From assembly GCA_964474445.1 (NCBI GenBank), contig CAYYSJ010000008.1, forward strand, positions 1-54,514: a stretch of DNA of 54,514 bases, read 5' to 3'. Position numbers and translations under genes: made by a program. A model generated the notes under the pieces. It searched no databases. It saw nothing but the letters and a program-made list of their open reading frames with translations, and was not told the DNA's origin. This document shows, piece by piece, positions 26,888 through 36,584 of the stretch. Numbering within the stretch: position 1 is the first letter of the stretch; each line of letters opens with the position of its first letter. The stretch comes from an uncultured Gammaproteobacteria bacterium (lineage in GTDB: Bacteria > Patescibacteriota > Microgenomatia > Levybacterales > UBA12049).

Positions 26888-29335
26888 ATGACGACTGCTA
26901 GAGAATCTATAGCACCAGCAGCACCAATTGTAGCACGCATTCATACTCATCTTGAATCTGTCTCTGTGCCTTCTGATAGACCACAAGAAGAAATGTCCTC
27001 CCACAAAGAAAAATTTCAACCTTCAGGTCGCCTCATGTGGGCTGTAGCTACTGGTATCTTTGAGGAACAAGCTTTTCATCCAGAATCTCTTACTACACCC
27101 CTTACTGAAGTTGCTGAAATATCTTATAAGGCACTGGAAGCACAGCATAATAAGACAAGAAGTAATGACTCAGCTCTTCGTCAATCAGCAGTTGACCAAT
27201 ACTTATTAGAACGAGAGATTCCCATAAATGAAGTTCTTCCTGAGATGAGACATCATGTAGAAATGTTTCTCTGGTCAGGAAAAGAAGCGCAAACTATTGC
27301 TGAAATGATTACACATGGTAATGGAGAAACTATCGCAACACTCAAAAAACTTCAGTTCAACATTCCTGATGATGTTGACCCTCATACTTTTCATGACCTG
27401 TTACAAGATGCCCTGTATAATCCAGACTCTGGAGAATATGGCCCTTTTTACAAAAAATACTGTTCTTGGGGAGTGGCTATGAATGAACAGCTTGCACACG
27501 ATCTTACCCCTGAACAGATGGAAATAGTAAAACCTATGCTTGTTGATATCCTGGGTGGAGAAACAGCATTTCAGGCTTTAAAAACTCTTCGTTATACACA
27601 GGATACCCTTATTGCTACTAAAGATAGTCAGGTCAAACAAGTAGAAAAGTACACTTCGGAACCGAACTTACGACCAGAGGAACAAGATATTTTCACATAT
27701 TTCAAGGAAGGAGCCAAAGTAATAAAGGAACATTTCGAGGAAAGACAACAACCCAGGCAATCTGTTGGACGGATACAACCTCCTGCTCCTACTGAGGTAC
27801 CCGATGCTCCCTACTCACTCTTACCTGAAGATTTAAGATTAACTCCAGAACAACAAAAGAAAATTGACGAAGCCAAACAAGAAATTTTCGATAAAGCAGA
27901 GAATCATGAAAGAAATGAAGCTGATGTGAGGAAACTCATTCAAGAAACCACTGAAGCAGTTACTAAGAGAGAAACAGACGGTCACGGAATGATCAAGGGA
28001 ACAATACAAGAGACAATGGCAGAAGTACGAAGACTAGGCAAAGCAGAAAGTATTATTCAAGATCAGTACATTGTGGCAATCCAATCTCGAGATGCTGATA
28101 TTACCGTATTAGGTGATATTCACGGAGATTTTGCGGCAATGAAAAGAGCGATTGAGAAGAGTGGGTTTATAGAAAATATGGAAACAGGCAATAAATCAGC
28201 TGTTCTTGTCCTAGATGGAGACTTAATTGATAGAGGGAGAAAACAGACGGAAACTATGGAAGCAATCTTAGCTCTCCAAAAAAGATACTCAAATAATGTT
28301 ATTGTGATGAAAGCCGACCATGAAGTAGATAGAGGAATTTCAGATCATGACTTTAAAGCAAGAATTGCGGGACGTTATCCAGGATATCAACAACAAGCAA
28401 AACAGATGTTCATAACAGCTAACAGGTTGATTGAGAGCCAATTAAAAAATAGTACCTCACCAACGAACTCCGACAGTATTGTATTGTATGATTCCCATAC
28501 AACTGTATCTAAAAAAGATCTAGAAAAATACCTAACCTTAAAGCTGGGTAATGTTCTGCAAATTCGTATGGCTGGTGATACAACTCCTCCAATATTTACT
28601 CCTGAACAAAAAAGGGAGATAGACCGAATGTATTATGGAATTCAAGATAGGATTATAAACAGTATTGATAATGACCTCTATGCCAGGTATATGGACTTCT
28701 TTGACAAATTACCCAGAATGACGGTGTGTGAAAACGGTCTCGTTGTCACACACGGAGGTATTCCTCCCCATCTATACAAACTGGACCAACTTAAACAAAA
28801 TCCTCAAATCCTGGATGCATCTGTTACATGGGCGGATGTTCTTAATAATAGACAAGACCAGACAGTATATGAAGCAGAAAAGCAAGGAGTTATTAATCAA
28901 TTGGAACAATCATTAGCTACACAGAACGCAAAAATTACCTATGGTGGAAAACAATATGATAGACCTATTGTTGAAAATGCTTTAGAAACCCTTAGACAAC
29001 CAGGAATTTATTTTGATGCAAGAAGATCATCTGGATCAAGAAATTATCTTGATCTTGCTCTTCAAGGAGTACATATTGTGTATGCAATCGAAGCATTAGA
29101 AAATTACTTAGGAGTAATTGGAGGAAAAGTACTTGTAAGAGGACATGAAACACCAACAGATATAGGAGGCCCCCTTCAGTTGGAAGGGAAAGTTGCCACC
29201 CTCCACACAGCTGGTGCAGGACCTGATACTGATCAAACACGTCTTTATGAACCCCATCCAGTTGCATTTAGAACAAATCTTGCAACACCAATTGAGAGGA
29301 TAACAGAACAAAATCTTTTTGAGGTTTGGTCGTGA
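26888..29335 (+). CDS. PPP-family metallophosphoesterase (Ser/Thr phosphatase / ApaH-like) with an unknown N-terminal region of about 400 aa
   Basis: VLGDIHGD, LDGDLIDRG, KADHE (variant of GNHE), VTHGGIP and VRGHE motifs all lie in the C-terminal half. Confidence 0.7.
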   Translation: MTTARESIAPAAPIVARIHTHLESVSVPSDRPQEEMSSHKEKFQPSGRLMWAVATGIFEEQAFHPESLTTPLTEVAEISYKALEAQHNKTRSNDSALRQSAVDQYLLEREIPINEVLPEMRHHVEMFLWSGKEAQTIAEMITHGNGETIATLKKLQFNIPDDVDPHTFHDLLQDALYNPDSGEYGPFYKKYCSWGVAMNEQLAHDLTPEQMEIVKPMLVDILGGETAFQALKTLRYTQDTLIATKDSQVKQVEKYTSEPNLRPEEQDIFTYFKEGAKVIKEHFEERQQPRQSVGRIQPPAPTEVPDAPYSLLPEDLRLTPEQQKKIDEAKQEIFDKAENHERNEADVRKLIQETTEAVTKRETDGHGMIKGTIQETMAEVRRLGKAESIIQDQYIVAIQSRDADITVLGDIHGDFAAMKRAIEKSGFIENMETGNKSAVLVLDGDLIDRGRKQTETMEAILALQKRYSNNVIVMKADHEVDRGISDHDFKARIAGRYPGYQQQAKQMFITANRLIESQLKNSTSPTNSDSIVLYDSHTTVSKKDLEKYLTLKLGNVLQIRMAGDTTPPIFTPEQKREIDRMYYGIQDRIINSIDNDLYARYMDFFDKLPRMTVCENGLVVTHGGIPPHLYKLDQLKQNPQILDASVTWADVLNNRQDQTVYEAEKQGVINQLEQSLATQNAKITYGGKQYDRPIVENALETLRQPGIYFDARRSSGSRNYLDLALQGVHIVYAIEALENYLGVIGGKVLVRGHETPTDIGGPLQLEGKVATLHTAGAGPDTDQTRLYEPHPVAFRTNLATPIERITEQNLFEVWS

Positions 29336-29348
29336 GACGATAATTTCG

Positions 29349-30137
29349 TTAGAAAATCAAATCTCCCGCTTTGAGGTTGAAGGTATCAGCAGCATTGCCA
29401 CCCAAAACAATAAGCTCTACAAATTTCTTATCATCAATACCAGAACTGCCAATAATAAGAGCACTATCCCCTACAGCAACATCTCTCATGTGAGTGTGAC
29501 AGGTAAGCTCACCAAATCGTGTTTGGATTTTTTTGCCTGCTTCAAAACCAATTTCTTCTGGAAGAATTGTTGTCTTTGCATTCCCAAAGTTATCAATAAG
29601 CCAGATAGCTTGAGGGACATTGGCAATATTATCAAAAGAATATTTTTCATGAGGAATTTCAAACCCATCCATTATCCAGCGAGCAAGCCGTGGCATATAG
29701 TCATAACTTCTAAATTGTGTCGTGGCAATTTGCTCAGAGAGCTGCTTGTCAATATGCCCTTGCTCAAACATGGCTCGTGCAACAGTGGGGATATCAGTAA
29801 GCATAATTTCATCGGCAAGTCCCAGTTTTTTCACAAGGGACAATGTGTACCCATCAACAGTAGAGATAACAAGAGTTTTCTTATAACGGAAATACCCAAA
29901 AGGAGTACCATTAGGCCATTTTTTCTTTTGCCTTGGTGCGGCGTTAACTAAAATAACACCCTCCTGCCCGTCTGACGCATCAAGCATATCTATAAGATTG
30001 CCTGCAGCTTCAATTTCAACGAAGTTATTGATACCAACTAGGTTAATGGCAATACCAGGGAAAAGGTTGGCAAGACGGGTCGCTTGCCTTCCAAACGTAT
30101 TCCCATCTCGGCAATCGTTAATAATAGTGACAAACAT
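29349..30137 (-). CDS. SAM hydrolase / SAM-dependent halogenase family (DUF62)-like protein
   Basis: C-terminal WLIDNFGNAKTTI...GDSALIIGSSG...ELIVLGGNAADTF...GDLI matches the DUF62 C-domain pattern. The N-terminal half is divergent. Confidence 0.6.
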   Translation of the reverse strand: MFVTIINDCRDGNTFGRQATRLANLFPGIAINLVGINNFVEIEAAGNLIDMLDASDGQEGVILVNAAPRQKKKWPNGTPFGYFRYKKTLVISTVDGYTLSLVKKLGLADEIMLTDIPTVARAMFEQGHIDKQLSEQIATTQFRSYDYMPRLARWIMDGFEIPHEKYSFDNIANVPQAIWLIDNFGNAKTTILPEEIGFEAGKKIQTRFGELTCHTHMRDVAVGDSALIIGSSGIDDKKFVELIVLGGNAADTFNLKAGDLIF

Positions 30138-30146
30138 AGGGGTTTT

Positions 30147-30155
30147 ATTATACCA
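30147..30155 (-). promoter_or_regulatory. extended -10 promoter TGgTATAAT (leaderless)
   Basis: TATAAT ends 9 nt before the ATG at 30137. No good -35 box. Confidence 0.5.
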
Positions 30156-30179
30156 AAGGCAAATGATAAATCCACACTC

Positions 30180-30518
30180 TTATTGAGCAAAAAAGAGATC
30201 TAACCATTGCTGCCAGTGAGGTTTATTATCTTGTGTCGTAGATTGCCTGGCAGGAGCTTGGGTAGGCATAAGGAGACTACTCTCTCCTGGTTTAGCAAGA
30301 AATAGCTTATCTCGGGCTTCTTTTTCAATAAAATCAGGGCGTTGTACCTGCGTTAATTGATTTTTTAGCTTTGTATTTTCTTTTTCTGCAACTGAAAGCC
30401 TTTGTTGTGTTGAAATAAGAAGGTCCTTTTTATGATAGAGTTCATAGATCGATTTTGACAGGTTTGCAATGATCATAAGGAGTACGATACAGATAGTGAA
30501 AAATAAAATTCTCTTCAT
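30180..30518 (-). CDS. ftsB: septum formation initiator (FtsB/DivIC family)
   Basis: N-terminal transmembrane helix, coiled coil (AEKENTKLKNQL) and FIEKEARDKLFLAKPGE. Confidence 0.7.
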   Translation of the reverse strand: MKRILFFTICIVLLMIIANLSKSIYELYHKKDLLISTQQRLSVAEKENTKLKNQLTQVQRPDFIEKEARDKLFLAKPGESSLLMPTQAPARQSTTQDNKPHWQQWLDLFFAQ

Positions 30519-30546
30519 TGACTACTCTCTATTCTTGTGATATTAT
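30518..30546 (+). promoter_or_regulatory. promoter TTGACT-17-(TGa)TATTAT
   Basis: 14 nt upstream of the ATG at 30561. Its -10 box overlaps a minus-strand TATAAT that faces the ftsB-like gene. Confidence 0.55.
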
Positions 30547-30560
30547 AGGTTACAAAGCTT

Positions 30561-31421
30561 ATGAATTCCGTTGCATTACGTGCTGCGCAGCAGCAATTTA
30601 CCGATTTTTTGAAAGAGAAAGGCCGCTCTAACGCTACCATTGTAGCATACACAAAAGACATTGATCAGCTCACTAGCCACCTCGAAGGCACTGGCAAACA
30701 AGATGTAAATGCAATTAATAAAGAGGATATTGAATCTTTTCTTGGCAAACTTTCAACAGCAGGCTATACACCAAAATCACTTTCTCGAAAAATTAATTCT
30801 ATAAGGACATTCTACAGATTCTTAAAATCAAAATCTTTAGTCTCAGAAGACCCATCCCTTCAGGTTGCACACCCACAATATCAATTAGCAGCACCTCGAA
30901 TTCTTACTCCAACTGAATACCGAGCTCTCCGAGATGCAGCAAGAAATGATGCGAGAATGTTTGCTGTTATCGAGCTTTTGCTCCAGACAGGAATCAGAAT
31001 TGGAGAATTAGCCGAGCTTCGTATGGACGATATACTTCCAGAAGGCCTTCGAATTAGACCTTTTGAAAAGCATGAAGAAAGAGTTGTTCCACTTAATAAA
31101 TCAGCAAAAGAGGCATTAGATAGATACGTAAAGACACGACCACAAGTTGCAGAACAAAAAATCTTTATCACTAAATCTGGTAGACCATTCCTTATCCGAA
31201 ATATTCGTACTGCAGTTGAACGATACTTTAGGCTGGCTGAAATTAAAGGAGCAAAGGTAAATGATCTCAGACATACGTTTATTGCCCACCACTTAAAACA
31301 TGGTGTTTCTTTAGTGTTACTTTCAAAGATTGTTGGACACAAGAGACTTTCTACAACTGAAAGATATTTGGAGTTTGTTCCAGACCGAGCAAAAGAAAAT
31401 ACTCATCTCACTGAACTCTAA
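30561..31421 (+). CDS. xerC: tyrosine recombinase, XerC/XerD-like
   Basis: SAM-like N-terminal domain plus the catalytic region (R...LRHTFIAHHL...GHKRLSTTERY). Confidence 0.85.
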   Translation: MNSVALRAAQQQFTDFLKEKGRSNATIVAYTKDIDQLTSHLEGTGKQDVNAINKEDIESFLGKLSTAGYTPKSLSRKINSIRTFYRFLKSKSLVSEDPSLQVAHPQYQLAAPRILTPTEYRALRDAARNDARMFAVIELLLQTGIRIGELAELRMDDILPEGLRIRPFEKHEERVVPLNKSAKEALDRYVKTRPQVAEQKIFITKSGRPFLIRNIRTAVERYFRLAEIKGAKVNDLRHTFIAHHLKHGVSLVLLSKIVGHKRLSTTERYLEFVPDRAKENTHLTEL

Positions 31422-31442
31422 CGCGTCACGAGTCAACAATCC

Positions 31443-32153
31443 TTAGGGCATCAGTATCCTCGTAAAACTCTCTGCATATTCATACCCTTTCCCCTTTCCA
31501 AACATATGTGACCTCTCCTTTATTCTTTGCAAAAAATTTTCAACATCTTGGAATTGTGATTGATGGCATCTGAGAGCTTCCACTTTTTGATTCCATGTTG
31601 AAGAGATATCAACAACATGCTTTGGCTCGGTAAAATTAATAAGCCATAATTCTGCTGTTTTCCAAGGTAAAAGTCCTTCTTTTTCATGTTCCGGAAATGT
31701 TAGTCTATCCCTTGCTAGTGGGAATACCGCATCGAGTGTTGCAAGACCAACAGCCCTATGGTCTGTATGATTCACAAAACCAAATTCATCCCCTGCATAG
31801 AAATAAAAGGTTGGATCCATAGTAATTGCAATGGACGGCCTCACAGTACGGATAACGCGTACAATTTCTTCCTTGAGTAGTAAATCAGAAACAAGTTGAG
31901 TATCTGTATGCCCTAAGAAGAAAACATCTTTGACTCCCAAGACTTTTGCCGCAGCCAATTGTTCTTTTTGTCGTATCTCACCAAGGCGGGCATGAGTCAT
32001 TTGTGGATCTTCCGATCCCCTACTTCCATCCGTTGCTACAATATAATAGGCATCCCAACCATCTTTAATAAATTTGGCAATTGTTCCTGAGGCTCCAAAG
32101 TCCATATCATCCGCATGCGCTCCCACTGCTAATATGGTCTTCTTATCACTCAT
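31443..32153 (-). CDS. PIG-L/LmbE family deacetylase
   Basis: ILAVGAHADDMDFGASGT...ATDGSRGS...HTDH motifs. Start at MSDKKT (32153) follows TGtTATAAT. Confidence 0.8.
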   Translation of the reverse strand: MSDKKTILAVGAHADDMDFGASGTIAKFIKDGWDAYYIVATDGSRGSEDPQMTHARLGEIRQKEQLAAAKVLGVKDVFFLGHTDTQLVSDLLLKEEIVRVIRTVRPSIAITMDPTFYFYAGDEFGFVNHTDHRAVGLATLDAVFPLARDRLTFPEHEKEGLLPWKTAELWLINFTEPKHVVDISSTWNQKVEALRCHQSQFQDVENFLQRIKERSHMFGKGKGYEYAESFTRILMP

Positions 32154-32201
32154 GATAAAATTTATTATAACAACAAACTGCAAGTACAGACCTGCTGCAA
32201 T

Positions 32202-32230
32202 TTGACAAGATATGGTAAAAGCACTAAAAT
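32202..32230 (+). promoter_or_regulatory. promoter TTGACA-17-TAAAAT
   Basis: The ORF-track ATG at 32212 lies inside the spacer. The next in-frame ATG (32242) is 11 nt after the -10 box. Confidence 0.55.
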
Positions 32231-32241
32231 CACACAAATCT

Positions 32242-34002
32242 ATGGAACCACACCCCAAAATGAAAAATTCAACGGTACCTGAACTTCGAGCTCAATCTCC
32301 TCAAGAAAGACAGCACTATCTTCTGGGAATGGTTAAAACCATTGAAAGAAAATATCCTGAAATGGACCCAGGAGCAAAAGCATCATTTTCCTTTTTCTTG
32401 ACAGAAATAACTCCTATTGTTAGACCTTCTGGTGGAGAAAAAGCTACGAGAGAGCATCTCATAGCATGGTCTCAAAATCATGAATATGCCGATCAAATGA
32501 GCCTTGCTGTTGATAATGCTGGGAATTTACTCATTACCATAGAAGCAACCAACGGATACGAAGACATTCCTGGAAGCATTCTGCAATCTCATATGGATAT
32601 GAATTGCAATCCCACTGCGGAACAGAGACCTGACATAAGTCCCGCAACCAATCCTGTTATCCCTGTTTTTAAAGATAATGAAACAAAAATTGGAACAGAA
32701 GGGACAACATTAGGAGCAGATGACGGGCTGGGTATTGCAACGGCAATTACACTTGCTGAAGAGTTATTTACGAATAGTGTCCCCCATGGGAAAGTTGCTC
32801 TTCTCTTTACGACAGATGAAGAAGTTGGATTAACCGGTGCACAAGGATTCTCGTTTCCGAAAGAACTATTACAAGGATACAAATATTATTTTAACTTAGA
32901 TAATGAAGAAACCCACGAAGCTATTGTCGGCGCTGCGGGCGGAATACGACTTGATATCCGTCTCCCTATCACTAGAGAAAGTGAAACAGGTGGAAGAAAA
33001 TATCTTACTCTTGGTTTAGGTGGACTAACAGGAGGTCACTCAGGAGCAGAGATCCATTTGGGACATTTAAATGCGATTAAAGTTATGCAACGAATGCTTA
33101 CTGATACCGTTTCTTCACTTAGTGATGTTCGCCTTGTTACATTTGACGCGGGAACAGCTGATTCCTCAATTCCTCAAAGGGCAAAAGCTATTATTGCAAT
33201 ACAGCCTGATAAAGAGGAGCTTCTTAAAGACGCTCTTGAGAAAGCACGACAAAAGATCATGGACAAAGACGTACAGACAAAACATGATCTTGAAAAGAGT
33301 CCTGTTGTAAAAGAAAAAGAAAAACTAAAAAACAAATTACAACCGGAAACTCCCCATATAGAGGTATCTGAGACCTCAGGAGAGGCTTTGGAAGTACTCC
33401 CAATGACAGCAGAATCAACTCACCAAGTCTTTTCCTTTATTGAGAGTATTCCTTCAGGACCTCTAGAAATTGATGAACAATATAATATTGTGAAAACATC
33501 GACGAACATGGGAGTTCTTCAAACACTACATGATGAAGGAAACGATTATATACAAATTTCTAGTCTTACCCGTAGTTCGTCAGAACAAAGTATGGAAGAA
33601 GTTAATAGAAAAATTTTGGAGGCCGTTACGCAAATCGGAGCAACCTCTATTCCTACAGACAAACGATTTTCACCATGGGAGCCAGACTTTTCCGATCCCC
33701 TTCTTCAGGTGGCACAAGAAACTCATATACAAGCAACGGGAAAAGCCCTTGAAGTCAACGTGATTCATGCAGGACTTGAATCACATACTATCTATCTAAA
33801 AATGAGAGCAATTTTGGGGGATGATATGCCAGAAGATTTTCATATTATTTCTTTAGGACCAACTCTTGATGGACCTCACTCAGAGAATGAAAATTTTCCT
33901 ATTGAGGAAGCCGCAGAATTTTTCCCCGCGATGAGGCTTCTTTTCAATACAGTTTTGGACAATGAATTAGCTCAAAGAAGAAGTATAAGACGCGATGCCT
34001 AA
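32242..34002 (+). CDS. pepD: aminoacyl-histidine dipeptidase (PepD, M20C family)
   Basis: LQSHMDMN, GADDGLGIA and LLFTTDEEVGLTGA metal-ligand motifs, plus length typical of PepD. Confidence 0.8.
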   Translation: MEPHPKMKNSTVPELRAQSPQERQHYLLGMVKTIERKYPEMDPGAKASFSFFLTEITPIVRPSGGEKATREHLIAWSQNHEYADQMSLAVDNAGNLLITIEATNGYEDIPGSILQSHMDMNCNPTAEQRPDISPATNPVIPVFKDNETKIGTEGTTLGADDGLGIATAITLAEELFTNSVPHGKVALLFTTDEEVGLTGAQGFSFPKELLQGYKYYFNLDNEETHEAIVGAAGGIRLDIRLPITRESETGGRKYLTLGLGGLTGGHSGAEIHLGHLNAIKVMQRMLTDTVSSLSDVRLVTFDAGTADSSIPQRAKAIIAIQPDKEELLKDALEKARQKIMDKDVQTKHDLEKSPVVKEKEKLKNKLQPETPHIEVSETSGEALEVLPMTAESTHQVFSFIESIPSGPLEIDEQYNIVKTSTNMGVLQTLHDEGNDYIQISSLTRSSSEQSMEEVNRKILEAVTQIGATSIPTDKRFSPWEPDFSDPLLQVAQETHIQATGKALEVNVIHAGLESHTIYLKMRAILGDDMPEDFHIISLGPTLDGPHSENENFPIEEAAEFFPAMRLLFNTVLDNELAQRRSIRRDA

Positions 34003-34025
34003 AACCTTAAGGACAACGAATATTG

Positions 34026-34099
34026 TGGGTCAGGCAGGACTCGGACCTGCGACACCCTGTGTATAAGACAAGTGCTCTAACCAACTGAGCTACTGACCC
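34026..34099 (-). tRNA. tRNA-Ile (anticodon UAU)
   Basis: GGGTCAG-TA-GCTC-AGTTGGTTA-GAGC-A-CTTGT-CTTATAC-ACAGG-GTGTC-GCAGG-TCCGAGT-CCTGC-CTGACCC-A. Clean cloverleaf. The T-loop begins UC rather than UU. Confidence 0.85.
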
Positions 34100-34139
34100 T
34101 TATTTTTGCTTCAGTATTATATCAAACTTCTATGAAGTT

Positions 34140-34175
34140 AAAAAACAAGAAAAACGTCATGAATGGCGCCATTCA
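34140..34175 (-). terminator. terminator: palindrome ATGAATGGCGCCATTCAT followed by a T-rich tract
   Basis: 18-nt perfect palindrome (34158-34175) followed on the minus strand by GACGTTTTTCTTGTTTT. It lies 30 nt after the ATPase stop. Confidence 0.55.
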
Positions 34176-34205
34176 TATACTTAATGTTCTTTACGTTTCA
34201 TGCTT

Positions 34206-36584
34206 CTATAGCTTTGCTCTCGCGGAAATTTCTGCTTCAACTTGTGTTATATCTTTTGCATATTTGAGTCGTGAAAGTTCTTTAATTAACTCTCCTACTC
34301 GTGGGTTATCAAGTGCTTTTTCCTTTGCCATATCTTTTGTGACATCAATAGAGAAAGGGCTGACTGGTTCACCATGAACAACAGTTCTAAAATATGCGTT
34401 AAATCGATCAACATTAATCAAATCTCCTTCATTAAAGACAGGTTGGAATTCATGCTGTAAAAAGTTAGCATCCTGGACACCAACACGGAAAGAAGCAATC
34501 GTACCAACATTTCCGAAGACAGCATTTTTCACATCATCTTCCATCTGGCCCGTAAACTGGTTCGCAACAATCAGATTTAGTTTATATTTTCTTGCCTCAG
34601 AAAGAATCGCTGCAAAGTCAGGAGTTGCAAAATTCTGGAACTCGTCAACATAGAGATAAAAATCTTGTCGTTGTTCAAACGGAATATCCTGTCTACTCAT
34701 AGCTGCAGTCAACAGTTTTGGCACAAGAATAAGACCTAAGAATTGAGAATTCTCTTCTCCAATTTTTCCTTTAGACAAATTTACTAGTAAGATTTTTTTC
34801 TCATCCATGACTTTTCGAAAGTCAAAAGCACTCTTTGACTGTCCAATGATGTTTCGCATGAGCTTGTTAGTAACAAATCGACCAAATTTAGAAACAATAT
34901 AGTCCAACACTTCTGACTTATGGAAGTCATTTGTCTGAGCAATCTGGTCAGTCCAGTACCGTTTAATAATTGGGTCTGTCACTTTTGGCAAAAGATCCTG
35001 AACAAAACTGGTATCAGTGAGTGCACGCTGTACCTCAATAAAGGTATTGCCGGGTTCTGCCATAACAGTAAGCATTGCATTACGGATACCGTGCTCGAGT
35101 CGAGGACCAACAATACCTGTTTTGTTAGGATCATACAATTTATAGAACAATCCAATAATGGAAGACACCATGTAGTGCTTTTGCTCTTCTGTGTATGCTT
35201 CCATAATGTTAATACCCATTGGTCGCTGAGTATCTGATGGGTCAAAGATAATAACATCCTCTGCTCTCTCCGGTGGTACACGAAGCAGAATTTCTTCAAT
35301 CAAGTCACCATGAGGATCAATAACACACAGTCCTTCCCCATTCTCAACATCCTGCACAATCATTTGCTTTAAGAATTGAGATTTCCCAGTACCAGTCTTT
35401 CCGATAATGTACATATGGCGCGCTCTATCTTCTTTGAGCATATAGACAGGACGTGAAAGGCCTCTAAAGGTACTCTTTCCAACATAAAGTCCTTCTGTTG
35501 GGATTTGGGTTGGGGCTGGCGCCCTCTTACTGGTGAGCCAGAAAACACCTGGTGTTGTGACCTGTTTATTGGGGAAATGATATATAGTTGCTAACTCTTC
35601 TGAGGACATAATGCCAGTGCACTTTCTCATTGGCCAGTAACGGTAAATAAAATCTTGCATGAAAAGTCCTTTGAAACGATGCTTATTTTTTGTGAGTGAG
35701 TTTGCTCCACCAAACATCGCAAATGCACTACCAATATTATCTAAGTGAGACTTTGCTGATTCAGAAGTACTTGAGCACACAACTGCACGAATAACAACCT
35801 CAAATCCTGGCTTGCTAATTTTATTTTCAATTGCTTCCAGTTCTTTCGGATCTGTTGAATAACTGGCCTTTTCCGGATTTGATTCTTTTTTCTTCACACC
35901 TGCGATATGACTTCTTCCTACTTTTTTCCATGCACCATCTGCAGGACTAATAAGAAATTGAATTGCAGCTCCCTCCCCTTCCTGCATTTTTGCCAATGTT
36001 GAGGTAATCATTGACATGCCATCAACTGCCATTTCTTTGTAAATTTTCATCGGCTTATATCCAGGAGCTTTTGGCCTCCAGGATGCAAAAGCAACTTTCC
36101 CGTCCTCCGAAAAGATGTTATATTCATTGCCAATAACACCTTTTTGCTTGACATCATTCTCATCAACAACCGAAATATCAGCATCAGGATAAGCTCCATT
36201 AATTTGCTTTTCTACTAAATCTCGGAGTTTTTTGGGAACATAGACGTAGTAGCGAATATCTCCTGGTTTGCCAACAATCTCAAATGATAAAAATGGCTGA
36301 GGGTGAAAATTTGCAAATCGTCCACTTTTTCGTAATGACGAAAATCCTGAAAAAAGTTGTTCTGCAGCATCTATCTTAACTTCATTATCTCTGGGAAGTG
36401 ATACTTGAAGGAGAATTGATTCAAGAGACGCTTTTTCTCTCTCTTTCCATTTGTACCAGAGGAATAATGCATATCCTCCGATATACCCAATACCAGCCAA
36501 AAGTCCTAATGACACGATTGTTGCTAAAAGACTAAATCCAAGGGCTGCAAGTCCGTCTGATGTTGTTAAAAGTGTTGGGTCCAT
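34206..36584 (-). CDS. membrane-anchored TraG/TraD/VirD4-like (FtsK/HerA-superfamily) ATPase
   Basis: N-terminal transmembrane helices, Walker A GKTGTGKSQF, Walker B-like FYLYVDEFQNF, then RKYKLNLIVANQ. A GGAGG Shine-Dalgarno sequence lies 9 nt upstream. Confidence 0.7.
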   Translation of the reverse strand: MDPTLLTTSDGLAALGFSLLATIVSLGLLAGIGYIGGYALFLWYKWKEREKASLESILLQVSLPRDNEVKIDAAEQLFSGFSSLRKSGRFANFHPQPFLSFEIVGKPGDIRYYVYVPKKLRDLVEKQINGAYPDADISVVDENDVKQKGVIGNEYNIFSEDGKVAFASWRPKAPGYKPMKIYKEMAVDGMSMITSTLAKMQEGEGAAIQFLISPADGAWKKVGRSHIAGVKKKESNPEKASYSTDPKELEAIENKISKPGFEVVIRAVVCSSTSESAKSHLDNIGSAFAMFGGANSLTKNKHRFKGLFMQDFIYRYWPMRKCTGIMSSEELATIYHFPNKQVTTPGVFWLTSKRAPAPTQIPTEGLYVGKSTFRGLSRPVYMLKEDRARHMYIIGKTGTGKSQFLKQMIVQDVENGEGLCVIDPHGDLIEEILLRVPPERAEDVIIFDPSDTQRPMGINIMEAYTEEQKHYMVSSIIGLFYKLYDPNKTGIVGPRLEHGIRNAMLTVMAEPGNTFIEVQRALTDTSFVQDLLPKVTDPIIKRYWTDQIAQTNDFHKSEVLDYIVSKFGRFVTNKLMRNIIGQSKSAFDFRKVMDEKKILLVNLSKGKIGEENSQFLGLILVPKLLTAAMSRQDIPFEQRQDFYLYVDEFQNFATPDFAAILSEARKYKLNLIVANQFTGQMEDDVKNAVFGNVGTIASFRVGVQDANFLQHEFQPVFNEGDLINVDRFNAYFRTVVHGEPVSPFSIDVTKDMAKEKALDNPRVGELIKELSRLKYAKDITQVEAEISARAKL

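Noticed and set aside
29319-29951. Plus-strand 210-aa ORF
   Set aside because: It is entirely antisense to the DUF62-like gene, which has clear family motifs. It is a shadow frame.
34779-34792. TTACTAGTAA and other ACTAGT-containing palindromes inside coding regions (for example 34784, 21778 and 3045) as extra TrpR operators
   Set aside because: They are single hexamers or short palindromes without the ACTAGT-N2-ACTAGT tandem architecture, and they are not in promoter regions.
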